Source: Minutocellus sp. GHC0000111 (Eukaryota). From it: a stretch of DNA of 64,000 nt. The stretch is taken from the NCBI GenBank assembly GCA_977018835.1, contig OZ361256.1, positions 1 through 64,000 of the forward strand, given 5' to 3'. The position numbers and the translations under genes are program-made. Below the pieces are notes generated by a model, which did not search any database, was not told where the DNA came from, and saw only the letters and a program-made list of their open reading frames with translations. Shown in pieces: positions 12,873 through 26,103 of this stretch (positions are counted from its first letter, which is position 1; every line of letters starts with the position of its first letter).

Positions 12873-15800
12873 ATGTTAGGCAGGATGGCGTCCGCGGCCC
12901 GCCTTGGCACGTCCAGAGGGGCCGATCTATCGTCCGAGGCCGCCGATGCCAGCCAAGCTGCTGCGACTGCGGTGCAGGGCACGAGTGGTGATGGACCTGC
13001 AGGCGGAACAAGTGCTGCTGCGGCTGCTGCCACTTCGATGACCACGGCGGCGCAGCAGCATCCCAATCTCATCGGGACCATCGTTGGAAAGATGGCCAAG
13101 ATCCAGCGAGAGGGTCGAGGTCGGAGGTATCGGGTGAGTTCTTTTGGAGTTGCATGCATGCATGCACGACGGCCCAATTAGGGCCGTCCCTACGTAGAAC
13201 CTGGTACAAATTCTATGTGGGGCTTGCATTGGAGTGAGAATTCTTATGCCCCCATTCGATTGGGGGTGGTGTTTACTTGGTATGCTCGACATTATGACCA
13301 CCTTTCGCCCATTGTTGGACTAAAACACATATCTCACTGCTTTTCTTCTATGTTCTACTGTGCTTTGGCTTGGTGCAATTCGGGAAAAAACGACACATGA
13401 TGTGTTCTGTTTGGAACCAACAAACGATGCAAATGAATGAATCGAATCGAATGAATAATGAAACATGGAACATACTCATTCTGTTGTGCGCACAGGGCCT
13501 CCAAGCCAAGATGGCCGAGGCAATCGATGCGATGAACGAATTCATGGGAGAGGAGTGGCCGCCGGAACAGGAGGAGGAGATTGCCCCGCCGGATTGGATG
13601 GACAATGCAGGCGATGGCGCAGATGGTGGTGCGTTGGGGAATGCCAATACCACGATCTCGGTCGGGGGGGCTGCTGGAAGTGCCACAGGTAGTAGTAGTG
13701 CGGGAGCTGCTGATCCGGGAGCAGACGCTGCGTCGATGCCTCGGAACGCTCCAGAAAAGCATGAGGAAGGGCAGACTGCTGCACCGGAGTTGACCGAGGA
13801 TGAGGCAGATGACGACCAGGACAATGATGGTGACGATGCAAATGCTGATGGTGATACCGATACCGTTGTTGTTGGAGAGGAATCGACGGCAGCAATGACT
13901 GCAACGACCAATGGCAGTGGTTCGGCTACCACAGCTACGGTCGACTCGACAGTTCCACCTGACATGGTGCGGGTCGACACGCCCAAGGCCAATGGCAGAG
14001 AACTGGTTTCGTCGCCCGTCGATGATGATCCAACCACCAGGGAACCGATGCATCCTGCCGTCCTCCTTTCGCTCGATGCGTACTGCATGGCACTGTCCCA
14101 TCCGTTGAAAACTCCCAAGATGGCCGAACTGACTCTGGAATGCATTACGATCCTCGTGGAGAACAAGTATGTGTCGGGCCGAGCGGGAGGGAGAGCTGAA
14201 GCCCGGCGGATGGCAATTGAACACGCCGAGGCGACCGAGGCTTTGGCCAATGCCAAGGCATCTGGAGACAAGGCCAAGGTGGAGGAAGCCACAGCTCGCG
14301 TCGAGTCCGGGCCACCGATGTCGCTCCTGCAGCGGGTAGCGGATGCTGTTACGAGATGCTCCGATTCGCCGTCGGAGGTTGTGCAAGCGGGTATGTCCAA
14401 ATGTCTGCTGTCCATGATGACCTCGCCCAAATGCGGTGTTCACGAGGCGCCGATGCTGATGGCGGTGAGGGCAACGTTCCACATCTACCTTGTTGCCAAA
14501 TCGCAGCAAGCCAAGGATGTTTCCAAGACAACATTGTTGGATATGCTGAAAAGTGTCTTCAATCGAATGGAGGCTTACGATGCCATGTCGCAGGTTGACA
14601 AAACCGACGGAAAGAGCAAGAATACTACGCCGCCCGATGCGCAGTCGGAGGTCAGCGGAGTAGCAGCCGATAACCGATCGCAGAGTGCATCTACGACTGC
14701 AACGGCAGAGGGCCAGATTTTAGCGCATTTGCTTCGCAATTCCATACCGACTCGTACTTGCTCTTCCGGGCTCTGTGCAAACTGAGTGCCAAGACCCTTC
14801 CGGAGGATAATGCGCCCCCAGCCTCCGGCGGAGGCGCCAAGGTGCTACAGGCCTTCACTTCTGCCAGTGCGGTAGACCCTCTGGCTCTCAGTTCGAAAAT
14901 TTTGTCGCTGGAACTCATTTTAGCTACACTGGAGCACTGCGGACCGGCCTTTTGCAATGGGGAGAAGTTTATCTATGCCGTGCAGCATTATCTGTGTGTT
15001 TCGCTCCTGAAGAATTGTATGTCCAATCACACCGAGGTGGCATATCTGTCCCTCAAAATTTTCCTCACTCTTGTATACAAGTTCAAGTCTCAGTTAAAGT
15101 CGGAGATTGAGGTATTTGTGGCCAACATTTTCCTTCGCATCTTGGAGTCGCCCAACTCATCGTACAAGCAGAAAACGCTCGTCCTCGAGGTGTTGCGTGC
15201 ACTTTGTTCCGATCCGGTCATCCTCACGCAGCTCTTCCTTAACTATGGCTGTGACTTTGATGCAGTGAATCTTTACAAGGATATCATCCAGAATCTTACC
15301 AAATTGAGCGGTAAGAGTCGTCGGAATCAATACAATGCCAATGTGAAAGAAGTTACCGAAGACGTTGCGCTGAGTGTTGCTGGATTGGAGGTATTGGTCG
15401 TTGTTTTGCGAGCATTCCTCAAGGCTCTGGGTCTTCCTGGTGGTGATGACAATTTTGATCTTGGTGAGGATGGAACATCTTCTGGCCTCCGAGGCAGCTT
15501 GAAGCTTGATGTTGGGCTCGCGTTGAGAGAACTCACAAAGACAGCATCCTCGATTACTGATGCGGATGATATTTCCGTATCTGTGAGTGATATCGAACGA
15601 TCCTCCAAAGACGCGCAAGATGCCAATAGTAGTATGGGCGGTGCTACTAGTGGTAGCAATCAGAGCCTCAGCAGCCTATCAAAGGTTCCCTCAAACGATG
15701 ACGTTGCCGGAAAGATTGTTGATGCCTTCGACAAGAAGCGAACAGCGCAGCAAAATTTCCAGACGGGATGCGTTCGATTCACATTGTCGCTCAAATCGGG

Positions 15801-17120
15801 CTTGCTTTACTTTATTGAAAACGGCTTTGTCAATCTCGATGCCAAGGAGGTTGCTCTATTCTTGCTGGTGAACAAAGATAAGCTGGATAAGACACAGATT
15901 GGGGAAGTGCTTGGCAAGGAACCCGATTCCGCCTTCGTCAAGGATGAGGGCGTCGACGCGGAGCAGGGAGGTAAAGGTTTCTTTGTTCGGATTTTGCACC
16001 ACTACGTTGATGCCCTGGAATTCACCGATCTTCTCTTCGACGACGCCATTCGGCTATTTTTATCTGGCTTCCGCCTTCCGGGAGAAGCACAAAAGATTGA
16101 TCGTATCATGGAGAAGTTTGCCGAATTCTACACTCGGCAGAACGACGATGTCTTCCCCTCGGCTGATACGGCATTCATCCTAGCCTTTTCCGTTATCATG
16201 TTGCAGACGGACCTGCATAATCCCAGCATCAAGCCAGAGAAGCGCATGACGATGGAAGGATTTATCCGGAATAATCGAGGAATCTCTGTTGATGGGGGGG
16301 ATCTTCCAAGTGAATTCTTGGAGGGGATCTTCAAGCGAATCCAAGCTAAGCCCTTCACGCTGAAGGAGGATGACGATGCACGTGCAAAAGAGGAAGGGGC
16401 TGATGCCTTGGAAGCATCGTCGTTCTTTGAGGCGCCGGGCTTTTTTGGTGCCATCGCAGAGGAGCGCAAAAAGGAGAAATTCCGCAAAGAACGGGAAGAA
16501 ATGATGGCTGCATCTGAGCAGCTCTTCAAGAGGCGCCCGAATAAGAGCAGTGCCGCAGACAAGGCTTCTGACGCCGCAGCTGCTCAGCTCAAGGAATCAA
16601 TATCGCCGGCAAATGTCGTCAAGCCCATGTTCGACGTGACGTTGGGACCCCTCATGGGATCTCTCTCGCAGGTCCTGGAAACATCCGAGGACGAGAATAG
16701 CATTGCCCTCTGCCGGATTGCCTTTGTCTACTCCATCAGAACATCTGCTCACAGCGGTATGTCTCTTGCACGTGATACATTCGTCAACGCTCTCGCCAAA
16801 TTCACCACTCTTGGCTCTATCAAGGAAATGAAGTACAAGAACATTGAGAGCATTAGAACTCTGCTCAGTATTGCTATAGTCGATGGTGATTATCTCGGGG
16901 AGAGCTGGGGTCCGGTCCTTCAATGCGTCTCGCAATTGGGGAGGTTGCAGCTCTACGCATCTGGGCTGGACTCTGACGATAAATTCTTGAACGGTCCCGA
17001 TACGCCAAACGCTGACGGGGATGCCCCATCGGCTGGATTCTTTCGATCTCCAACGCAAGCCGAGGTATGTGACAATACGATACAATACCCTCTTCACAAT
17101 ACCAATTTCATCAGCTTTCT

Positions 17121-17182
<62 letters not shown>

Positions 17183-20100
17183 ATTTCATTTATTTTTTGC
17201 CGCTTTCAGGTCACGCGAGAAATCGAAGAGAACAATGGCAGGGCAATCCTTGCTGCTGTCAACGAGATTCTCATCGATAAGGTCTTTTCATCCACCGTCA
17301 ATCTATCAGTCACCAGTATGTATCATTTCATCGAACAGCTTATCGCTGTATCAATGGGAGAAATATGTGGTGATTCCAAGCGCGGCCTTACCGATGTTAC
17401 TTCAGCCACCAAGTCTTCGGCGGAATCAGCGGCTCAAGGTGCCAAGCCACCATCAGCCCAATCCGGCCACGGCGACGGAGGTCCTCGCATATTCTCTATG
17501 CAGCGATTGGTTGAAGTCGCCGATTTCAACATGAATATCCGTCCTCGTTTGGCTTGGGCCAAGATGTGGGAAATGATGGGCAACCACTTCGCCAAGATTG
17601 GATGTCAGGACAACGCTATGGTTAGCATGTACGCCATCGACGCCCTTCGTCAACTCAGTTTCAAGTTTCTGGAGAAGCCCGAGCTGGCGGACTTTAACTT
17701 TCAGAGACTATTCCTCCGCCCGTTTCTCGACATCATGGAGAATCCGACGAGTAGAGATGATATTCGAGAACTCATTCTGCGCTGTGTCGACAACATGATT
17801 CGTTCAATGTCGCATAACATTCGGAGTGGATGGAAGATATTCTTCTCCATCCTCACTTTGTCCGCAAGTGATCCCAGCGAAAAGATTAGCACTCTTGGCC
17901 TGGCCATTCTACAAAGATTACTGGACCAACATTTGGACCAATTATGTCGACTTACAACCTTTGATGAATTCGACACTGGAGTTGTTGAAGCTGGAGGCGA
18001 AGAAGGGAAGGAACCAGAGCAAATGACAGCCCTCGAAAAGCGACAGCGGAACGCCAATGCGGAAGATTTTGTCGGTCTTTGCCACGCATCCATGGGCTTC
18101 GTTCAGACCGAGGAGAGTGATACTCCACTACCCATCGGCCTTTCCATGAGAGCACTTTGTCACACCGCTTGCTATGCCGACCTCATTGCGGAAGAGAGAG
18201 TCTTGCCACCGGTATCAGGATCTCAACCCAATGACCCCTCAGCGGCGGGATATACCTACGAGGGTTTATCAGACGATGAAGCGCTCGAAATGGTCCTTTG
18301 GAGGCCCATTCTTGATGGCTTGGCCGCCGGCATTTGCTCTACCGCCCCAAGTAGTAGTGGCGGTGTCGGATGTCTCGTACAGAGGGGTAGCGTCATCACA
18401 ATGCGCGCAATTTTGCTACGACACGGCTCGATGTTCTCCACGTCGCAGTGGGCTGTGATATTACGGCAAGTTCTTTTGCCCGCAATTCAAATTGGCGCCG
18501 AGTACGATGCCTCACCGGTAACATCCATCACCTCCGAGTCTCCAGCTGTATCGAGTCTCGATTTCTTGAACGAAGCCCTTCCCCTCCCACCGAATACCGA
18601 AGACGAAGGTCTGTTGAAATTCGCCGAGCTCGCAGAAACGGACGAAAGGTAAAGCGCATTGCGTCGTCTGCTTACTATTGTGTTTTGTGCTTCCACTCCC
18701 TCTCTTTTTCCCAGACGTATCTCATCTTATTGTTTGGACAATGTCTCTTCACAACACATCAAAACGTTCCCCTCCCCCACAGTGCCCCAACTCGACCTCT
18801 TGGAACGGCAGAACTTCTCGTTGAAGCAAGCTTTGCTGACCTCCGTCACGGTGGTGACGGCGATCTAAGTAAAGCACACGGACTGGCGAAGAAAGACCAA
18901 GAGGGAAAGAATGATACCGAGCAGCCATTTCCTGATAGCTGGGTTGCAACTACTGCACCGGTGGCTCTTGGTATGCTCACTGACATATTTTGTGAAATTA
19001 TCATCGATAAGGGTCAAGACGGGCGAGACATTCTTTGGCCAATCATACTGGAACAATTACAGCGATGGGCCGCTGGATTCCCTCTCATGAAGTCAATTTT
19101 GCAAAGCATTCGAGAAGAGGAGGAGGACGGCGGCAATGAAAGTAATTCCCAAGCGGACGTTTGGCTTCCGTGTGAATCACTTGTCCGGATTGGATGCAAA
19201 GAATTGTATCGTATTCGCGACAAATTGCTCGAGAAGTTACCGACCTTAAACGACGATGATGCCCAAGCCTGGCCCAAATTATTATTTCAGACAATCGCCG
19301 ATACTTTGACAAAGACTGTTTCCGTGGAATCCGATCTTCACAGAGACTTGGTCGCAGCCAAGCTTCGACGCCTGGGTTTGGAGCCTGATAGTTTGGACCA
19401 ACAGGTATCTTCATCGACAAAGAACGATGTCGGAAATGCGTCCAAGGCCGACCTTACGGTTGACCGCGTCGAAGAGTGTATGCTCGAGGATGGTCGCAAG
19501 ATGGAAATTCCAGTAAGTAAGATCAAGCTGGAAGCTGGATCTTCGCTCTACGACGGTGATGACCCCAAGAAATCATCGAAAGACGAGGAGAATGATGGAG
19601 ACGAGGATGAGAATGACGAGGACGACGAACCAAGCTATCTCAGAGAATACATTCCATCACTCAAGATCAGGTGCGTTGCATCGCACTGTCTCCAGCAAGG
19701 CATTCCCGAAGTTGTTGACATCTTTTCGCATGTTGTGGGCCAAGACGAAGTGTCCAAATTGCTCAAGGCGTTGGAAGATTCCAGATCAATGTCGAGCAAA
19801 GCCAGCGATGACGAGGACCTGGCGCATGCCTTCCAAGAAGCGTTACTGTTCGAGTGGGGAGGAGGCGTTGAGGAGGTAGAATCCACACTGGCATCGGTCG
19901 GTGGAATTCTACACAAGGGTGGAGCAGAAATGTTCTTCCTTACACAGCAAGCCGGTGCCGACAAGGCCATAATTCACATCCTTTCTCAGCTTGTGTGCGG
20001 TCATTCGGCATATAGTTGGGACACGAAGGCCTACGCCGAACCGCTACTGCTCCATCGTATGATTGATATTCTCAATAAATTTTTGATCTCCGAACGGGAC

Positions 20101-20427
20101 AATGCAGAGTTTATCAATCCCAATGTTTGGCGAACGGCCAGTGACAGCGGCGGCAAGATTGCTCTTTACTGCACTTGCTTTGTGGATGTTTGCTCCAACA
20201 TTTTGGAAACGATACTAAATTTCGACGACGATCAATTCAACCGAAACAAGGCCGAAATATATCCAATCATTTGCTCACTCATTCGTGTACAAAGTGAGGA
20301 AATTCGAGGTCTCGTTCAAGAAATCTTTGCTACAAAGGTTGCCGCCGTCCTCGGTATCGCTGCGGGTACGTCGCCAGCTAATTCTTCTGAGGATGAGATA
20401 GAAGGAGGAGACGCACAAGAGGAATAG
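12873..20427 (+). CDS. BIG/Sec7-type ARF guanine-nucleotide exchange factor (DCB-HUS-Sec7-HDS), 4 exons, frameshift at ~14710
   Basis: Sec7 motifs FRLPGEAQKIDRIMEKF and LAFSVIMLQTDLHNP; HDS motifs RLVEVADFNMNIR, AIDALRQLSFKFLE and NIRSGWK. Introns 13134-13495, 17065-17209 and 18649-18782 each restore frame. Confidence 0.93.
17123..17180 (+). repeat. (CT)n microsatellite, ~29 units, in intron 2 of the Sec7 gene
   Basis: Pure CT run seen directly. Confidence 0.95.
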
Positions 20428-20561
20428 ATATATTGATAGAACATTGTGCACTTGGCCAAGTTAAAGCTAAAATGCATAATTTCTTAGTAATTATGTGTCG
20501 ATGGATACCCAACAGCTGTAGAGACCTGCTTACTTAGGATCGGTCCTGTTCGACGCAGCAA

Positions 20562-22111
20562 TCAATCACTGCCTCCGTGTTCCTCGTTCCACTTCTCACA
20601 CAACGCCGAGCAATAATACTTTCTACCACATTTGTTGAGCTTTGTGCCCTGTCCTTCTTTCTTTCCACAGCTGTGGCACGCTTTTGATGTACCCGTGGAT
20701 GCATGTTCACCCCAACCAAGTAGCGCAAAAGCCTCCTGCTTTGTCTGCTCTGCCTTCTCAGGCGGCGTGGCTGTGCAACACATGTCATGCTGTCTGCTGA
20801 AATCACATGACTGCGTCTTGCAGCCTTCGCAGCACCAATGAAAGTACCAACACTCTTGGCAGCGAAGCGTGTGCGGATTCTCTGGATCCTCGATGTTGCT
20901 ACAATTCATGGCAGAACATTTCAGTTGGTACCTCCATTTCTGAGGTGCGCTATCGATACCGGACATCAAATTTCCATATTGGCTGCTGCATGCCATCAGC
21001 TTGCAGCGCATGGAGTTGTCAGCCTTTCGAATCTGAGAAGAAATCTTCTCGAGCTCGTCGTCAGCTGCATTGCGCTTGATTTGGTCACAGCACTTGTTCG
21101 ATGGAGCATCCAGGACCTCGCTCCAGCTTCCGTGCCAATTCCAGCCACGATCGACGCAATCCAGCATTGCCAACTGACGCATTACTGGAATGAGCTCATC
21201 CGCGGCTACTTGGGCCTTGGTATCGTAGAGAACAGACGACCACACCTTTGAAGATACGTCCGCTAGGAATTCTTTCATCTGAAAGTGCTCCTGAAGTGCT
21301 TGCATTCCCCAGCCTCCAGGATGGGGAGACTTTTCCATCAGGATGACGAGGCTTCGGAGAGTGGACAGGCAGATGTCAACGAACGAATCCTTTAGGCGGG
21401 CCCAAATGGCCTTGCCACCCTTCGCATTGGAGAGAGCTGGCTTCACAATACCGATAAGGTTCAGCTCCGCCTTCTTTTCCGCCTTCTCTACACGCGCTTT
21501 CATCTGCCTCTGCATTGCACCATCTATGCCACGACCTCCGCTCCACATGTTGTGGAGAGCTTCGCCAGTACCTGTGATAACCTTGGCAACCAAAAGGGCT
21601 TCCAGGGCCTTGGCGCAGGCAATGCCCTTTGCTACTCCCAATCTCATGTCCTTCTCGGCAGCATCCTCCAGATCTGAGAGGAGCTCCTGGCATTTGGTGA
21701 TGGTATCACTATGGCCGCAGTTATCGTCGTCCTCGTCACTTTCGTAGTTGTATTCCTCGTGCAGGCTCTCAATCATGGCATCCGTCACCGCCGCATCTTC
21801 CAGCCATTCGAGATCAACATTGATGTTCTCTGGCGGGTTGGCGGCCTCATCATCAGCTGCACGGCACACTTGTTTGTGAACCATCCAATTCTTGCGCTGG
21901 CAGTCCTTCGAACAGAAGAACACGCTCTTGCACTGCGCAAAAACAATAATGTTCGGTGGAAATAGGAGGGTGTCGGCTGCTTATGAGAATCGATGAACGT
22001 TCACGTTCCACAAGTAAAGTTTATCAAATGCCCGACCATACTTACCTTGGAACAGCGGAGGGTTGCATTTGGCGCCCCGCAATTATGGCAGCGACTGTTG
22101 CCACCGCTCAT
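20562..22111 (-). CDS. MYND zinc-finger protein (N-terminal, internal and degenerate C-terminal MYND-like fingers)
   Basis: Exon 1 22111-22046 MSGGNSRCHNCGAPNATLRCSK; intron 22045-21933 (GTAAGT..CAG); exon 2 CKSVFFCSKDCQRKNWMVHKQVC. Later fingers are CSAMNC...CQECWYFHWCCEGC...HDMCC and CHSCG...YYCSALC. Confidence 0.85.
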
Positions 22112-22222
22112 GCTCGCCGCCTTGCCGCTCATCTTCGGCTGCAAAGCAAAATGAAAATGAGGCCGTGCTTCCACTCCTCAAATTCGGTCTTTCCGTCACA
22201 TTTTGGGCCCGGGTGCCCTCTA

Positions 22223-25200
22223 CCAAGTGCGTGTCGATCTGGCGACGCCAGCAACGTTTTCGCCCAGAAATCGGAAAGTCCGAAGAAATACCTACAAAAT
22301 CTCATTTCTCAGAATGTTTTCCATAATTTTTGTTTTGGAACGACAGTTTTGTGCTACTCAAAAAACAAAAAAATAAAATTTGCCTGAACTGGAGAACTAT
22401 TTATTTGAGAATTCGAGTCAATAAGGCAAGTTTGATGCAAAGTTATGAATGTTACCGAGGTGTCGCACTACATGTAACTATCACCGTTAAAACTATCAAC
22501 CTTTATGTACTTGTTGATATGTTCGCCGTGTTCGAGTCACTCGTGTAGGATGACACAGCACAGCTTCAGCATCAGCCATTTTTACCAGCAAACACACACG
22601 AGGTTTGAGTTTTTACACGTACCAAATGCATCAAAGCAAGCTAGTAACATAATAAATCTAAGTAAAAATGTCAATAATCTAAGCTTTCTTGGAGCGAGGG
22701 GCGATGCCGTCCTTGGTTGCGATGAAGTCGCCTCGGACGTTTTGTCCTTGTTGGGCCGTTGGCTTACAACTTTTAGCAAGAACTCGTTGCCGCCGCCATT
22801 TTCTTCCACTCTTTCTAGAATTCGTTTCGCCAACACGTATCCATGAGCGACTTTTTCCGATGTCAAATCGCTCCATGTATCTTGGCATCGCTTCCATATT
22901 GCATCGTTGTTTCCGATGGCCTTCTCCCCGCCCTCCTTCAGCAAATGAGAGTGGATTTTAAGACACATGCAGGGGAAGACGGCCAAGTCAAGATTGTTCG
23001 AGTAGGGCATCTGAGCAGCCTGGGGCTCCCAATACCAATGGCTCCTTATCTGACATTGCTCCTTGCACCATGCTTGGAAATTGCCCTCGCGGTGAGGACC
23101 GGCATTGTCGCCTTGAACAACTACGCCATAGTTCTGGTACTTTCCATAGAGACTTGGATCAGCGATGGGCGGGGAATTGTTTTCAGGATCAGCCTCGTAT
23201 CGTTGCTTCTCCTCCTGATACTTTTCTTTGTCACCACAAGTAGCGGGAGGACCAAATAACTTCTCTAAAAGAGGGATAATTTGATGTTCAAATATCTCTC
23301 GAAGAGAAAAGCTAGGATTAGTCGAAGTCCCGCTACTTACACCCCCTTCACCGTTTCATCGTAATGCACAAGAATAGTAGGCTCGGCTTCTCTCCCCCAG
23401 CCATTGAGGAAATGCTTCGCAAATCGGACATGCTCGGCCATCTGAGCTGTTGTAAGCAAAGGCAATATTGCTTCTGCACCGTATGTAGCTCCACAATGCG
23501 AAGTAAACCACCGATCAATCGTCCTTGCACTGCACCAACCGTCAATGTCATCTGCAACATCCTGCCAACTTTTGGACTGATCCTTGAGAAGTATTGCAAT
23601 AATCTCATCTCGAATTCCAGGCTGTCTAGCGATGGCCGACCGAGAAAGAAAGTTGAATGGCTCTTTGTTGTCGGCGGTAAGGTATTGGAACTTTTCGCGC
23701 GCCATCTTCCTTATGTCTCCCTGCGCAGATGAATCCAAGAGGTAGCAATTCTCAGCGGCCTCCGCCGATGCCTTCTGTAGCAAATGCTCTCAAAAAAATA
23801 TACTGGAGTGTACATCGAGCGCGCATGATCATAGTCTTCGATCACAGAAAGAAATTTGACCCTCTTCGCTCCGGGCTCCTCCCCTCTTTCCTTTCTCTTT
23901 CGCTTCTTGCTTTCCTTCTTCGCCTCTGCTCTTCGCTCGGCCTTCTGTGGCATCATGAGGCGATCGTACGCATCTTTGGGGTGGTGCCGCTCAACTTCAT
24001 ATGCGTGGGCGAGATTCACTATTGCGAGGGGATCTTTCGTCGCTGGAAGGGTTGCCATTCCAAGGGTCTTGCGCATGGCAGCAGCAGATGCCACAGCACC
24101 ATAGTCCACAGCAATTGCAGTGTCAAAATCAGGGTCGTCCCTTGATAGGCCCATGCTATCAGCTCTCCATCCTCTGCAAAGATTCATTCCACCATTCTTT
24201 TTCATGAGCTCAGTTACAATCTGACCTCCGTCTTTCCGGCACTGCCGTTTCGCCGGCGGACTAGAGGCCGTTCCCCCATCGTCTTTGTCATCTCCTAATG
24301 CATCTTGGCGAGTCCTTTTGATAGCTGCACGAGCTGGGGGGTTGTGGATGATTGGAGCAGAAGATGTGGCTGATCGAGTGAGGCGGAAAAGGGGAACATC
24401 ATGCTCAAATTTCTGGGCTGCGATGGCGTCATACTGCACATCCACCGTCAGCTTCCCACCGGAGCCTTTCACATCGGTAACGATTCCATCACCGCCGGGA
24501 GAATTCTTGTATGGGCTGTAGTCTGATGAAACCCTCACGGTATCGCCTTTTTGGAGGAGGGGTTTGCCCGACACATAGTTGCTCGTCTTCTTCCCCTTCG
24601 GCGGCGTAGTGATGGAAGTGACGGTACCTCTTTGTTTTGCATGCTCCTTCCTTTCATATTCAAGGCATATGCGCTTATTCTCGCGCTCTTTCTCCGCCGC
24701 GACCTGCGCCTTCTTGGCCGCCTTCTTCGCAATGTCTTCGGCTGCCTTCGCTTTCTCGGCATCCAATTGTTGGGATCGCTGCACTTGCGCCGGTGCTGGC
24801 GACGACGATGGATGAGAGGACGTATCAGTCGATGTACCAGTCGGCAGAGAAGGCGGAGAAGGCGGAGAACGAGCAGGAGACACAATGGCCGGGCGAGTCG
24901 ATGGCGTTCGAGTCACGTTCGACGAGGGTGAGGTATTGGCATTATTTGATTGCGATGCGGCCCGTGCAGACGTTGTTGGACGGCGGGATGAACGAGCGTT
25001 GTTGGAGGCTGCTGGCGACCGAAAATACGTAGGAGGCCATGGGAGGAGATCATCCCTGGATAAATGCATGTCTGCAAGGTTTTTGTCGCTGAGATTGGTC
25101 GTGTTGTTTATATCGGCCACGAAGCATTTGTGGCAGCGCAAGTTTGCGTTCTCTTTGCCGTATCTTTGGAAGTGCTGCACTTGACAGCAGTGGTGGAACG

Positions 25201-25803
25201 ATGCGCCACATTTTGTGCACCGATAATTGGCGGGAGGGCCGGCCGAGCCAGGGATAGCCAACGCGCAAGCGCCAATTTGAGAATAACTGCACAGAGGAGT
25301 TTGGCATAAATGGGAGGAGGGGCAAGCGGTATCGTTTCGTTCTCATTATGCTTGGATGGTCGGACGATGATTGGCTGATGAACATTGAAAATCTTCAGAG
25401 AAGTATAAAAGTTTTACTGTGTCAGAGATTTGGGCGGGAATGTGTCGATTTGGAGGGCGATCCCGACGCCGCCGGATTCGCAAGGAGCGCGATCGATGAA
25501 GGCGGCGAACATCACAAGTTGCTCAACATATCTTGAACTAATCGATGAGGGAAAGTCCGATCGGTTGGACAACATTTCGTGATAAACGACCATGCAAAGC
25601 AACGACCTTTTGCCATGAAGAGAGAGGCAAACGAGACGGGCAAGCAAAAAAACGGTCAAAGACGCCCAAAATGTGCTAAATTAAGTAAGTAGTAGTGGAG
25701 AGCCAGCCATGCCAGTAAAAGACATTTTTCCGCTCTCTCTTGTCACTCCTGTTTTTTTTCGCTAAAATTTCTCGCTGGCGTCGCCAGATCGACACGCACT
25801 TGG
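22223..25803 (-). mobile_element. Tc1/mariner-superfamily DNA transposon, DD39D (plant-mariner-like), defective
   Basis: Perfect 30-bp TIRs CCAAGTGCGTGTCGATCTGGCGACGCCAGC at 22223-22252 and inverted at 25774-25803, flanked by TA (22221-2 and 25804-5). Transposase pieces lie on the minus strand. Confidence 0.93.
22582..25300 (-). pseudogene. DD39D transposase with N-terminal PHD-like and Tudor/KOW-like regions; frameshifted and internally deleted
   Basis: First catalytic D is in LVHYDE (~23355). VQGDNAGPH...WEPQAAQMPYSNNLDLAVFP has 39 residues between D2 and D3. HTH-like SWQDVADDIDGWCSARTIDRWF. Frameshifts at ~23785 and ~23342. Confidence 0.85.
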
Positions 25804-26063
25804 TAAGACAGACAGTCGTCACCGACCGCTTGGAGGGTGGGCGCGGCCCATATCTAGCAATAAGAGGGTGTGAGTTTTTTTTTGTTTCAATAAACTAGGT
25901 CGACGAAGAAACACATGTGTTCCACACTTGTTTCCGTCGATTTTGGCGCTGCTTGCTCTCTCTCGTGTTGCATCGTAGAAACATCTGCTGCAACAAAACA
26001 CAGGCGATGCCAACTTGAACGGCTGTGGCAGGAGTTGGTCCAGCTTTAGGTGAGCCGCTCGAC

Positions 26064-26101
26064 CCAAAATCTGGACATTCGCCAAAATCTGGACATTCGC
26101 C
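26064..26101. repeat. 18-bp direct tandem repeat (CCAAAATCTGGACATTCG x2) at a gene truncation point
   Basis: Seen directly. Confidence 0.9.
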
Positions 26102-26103
26102 TT

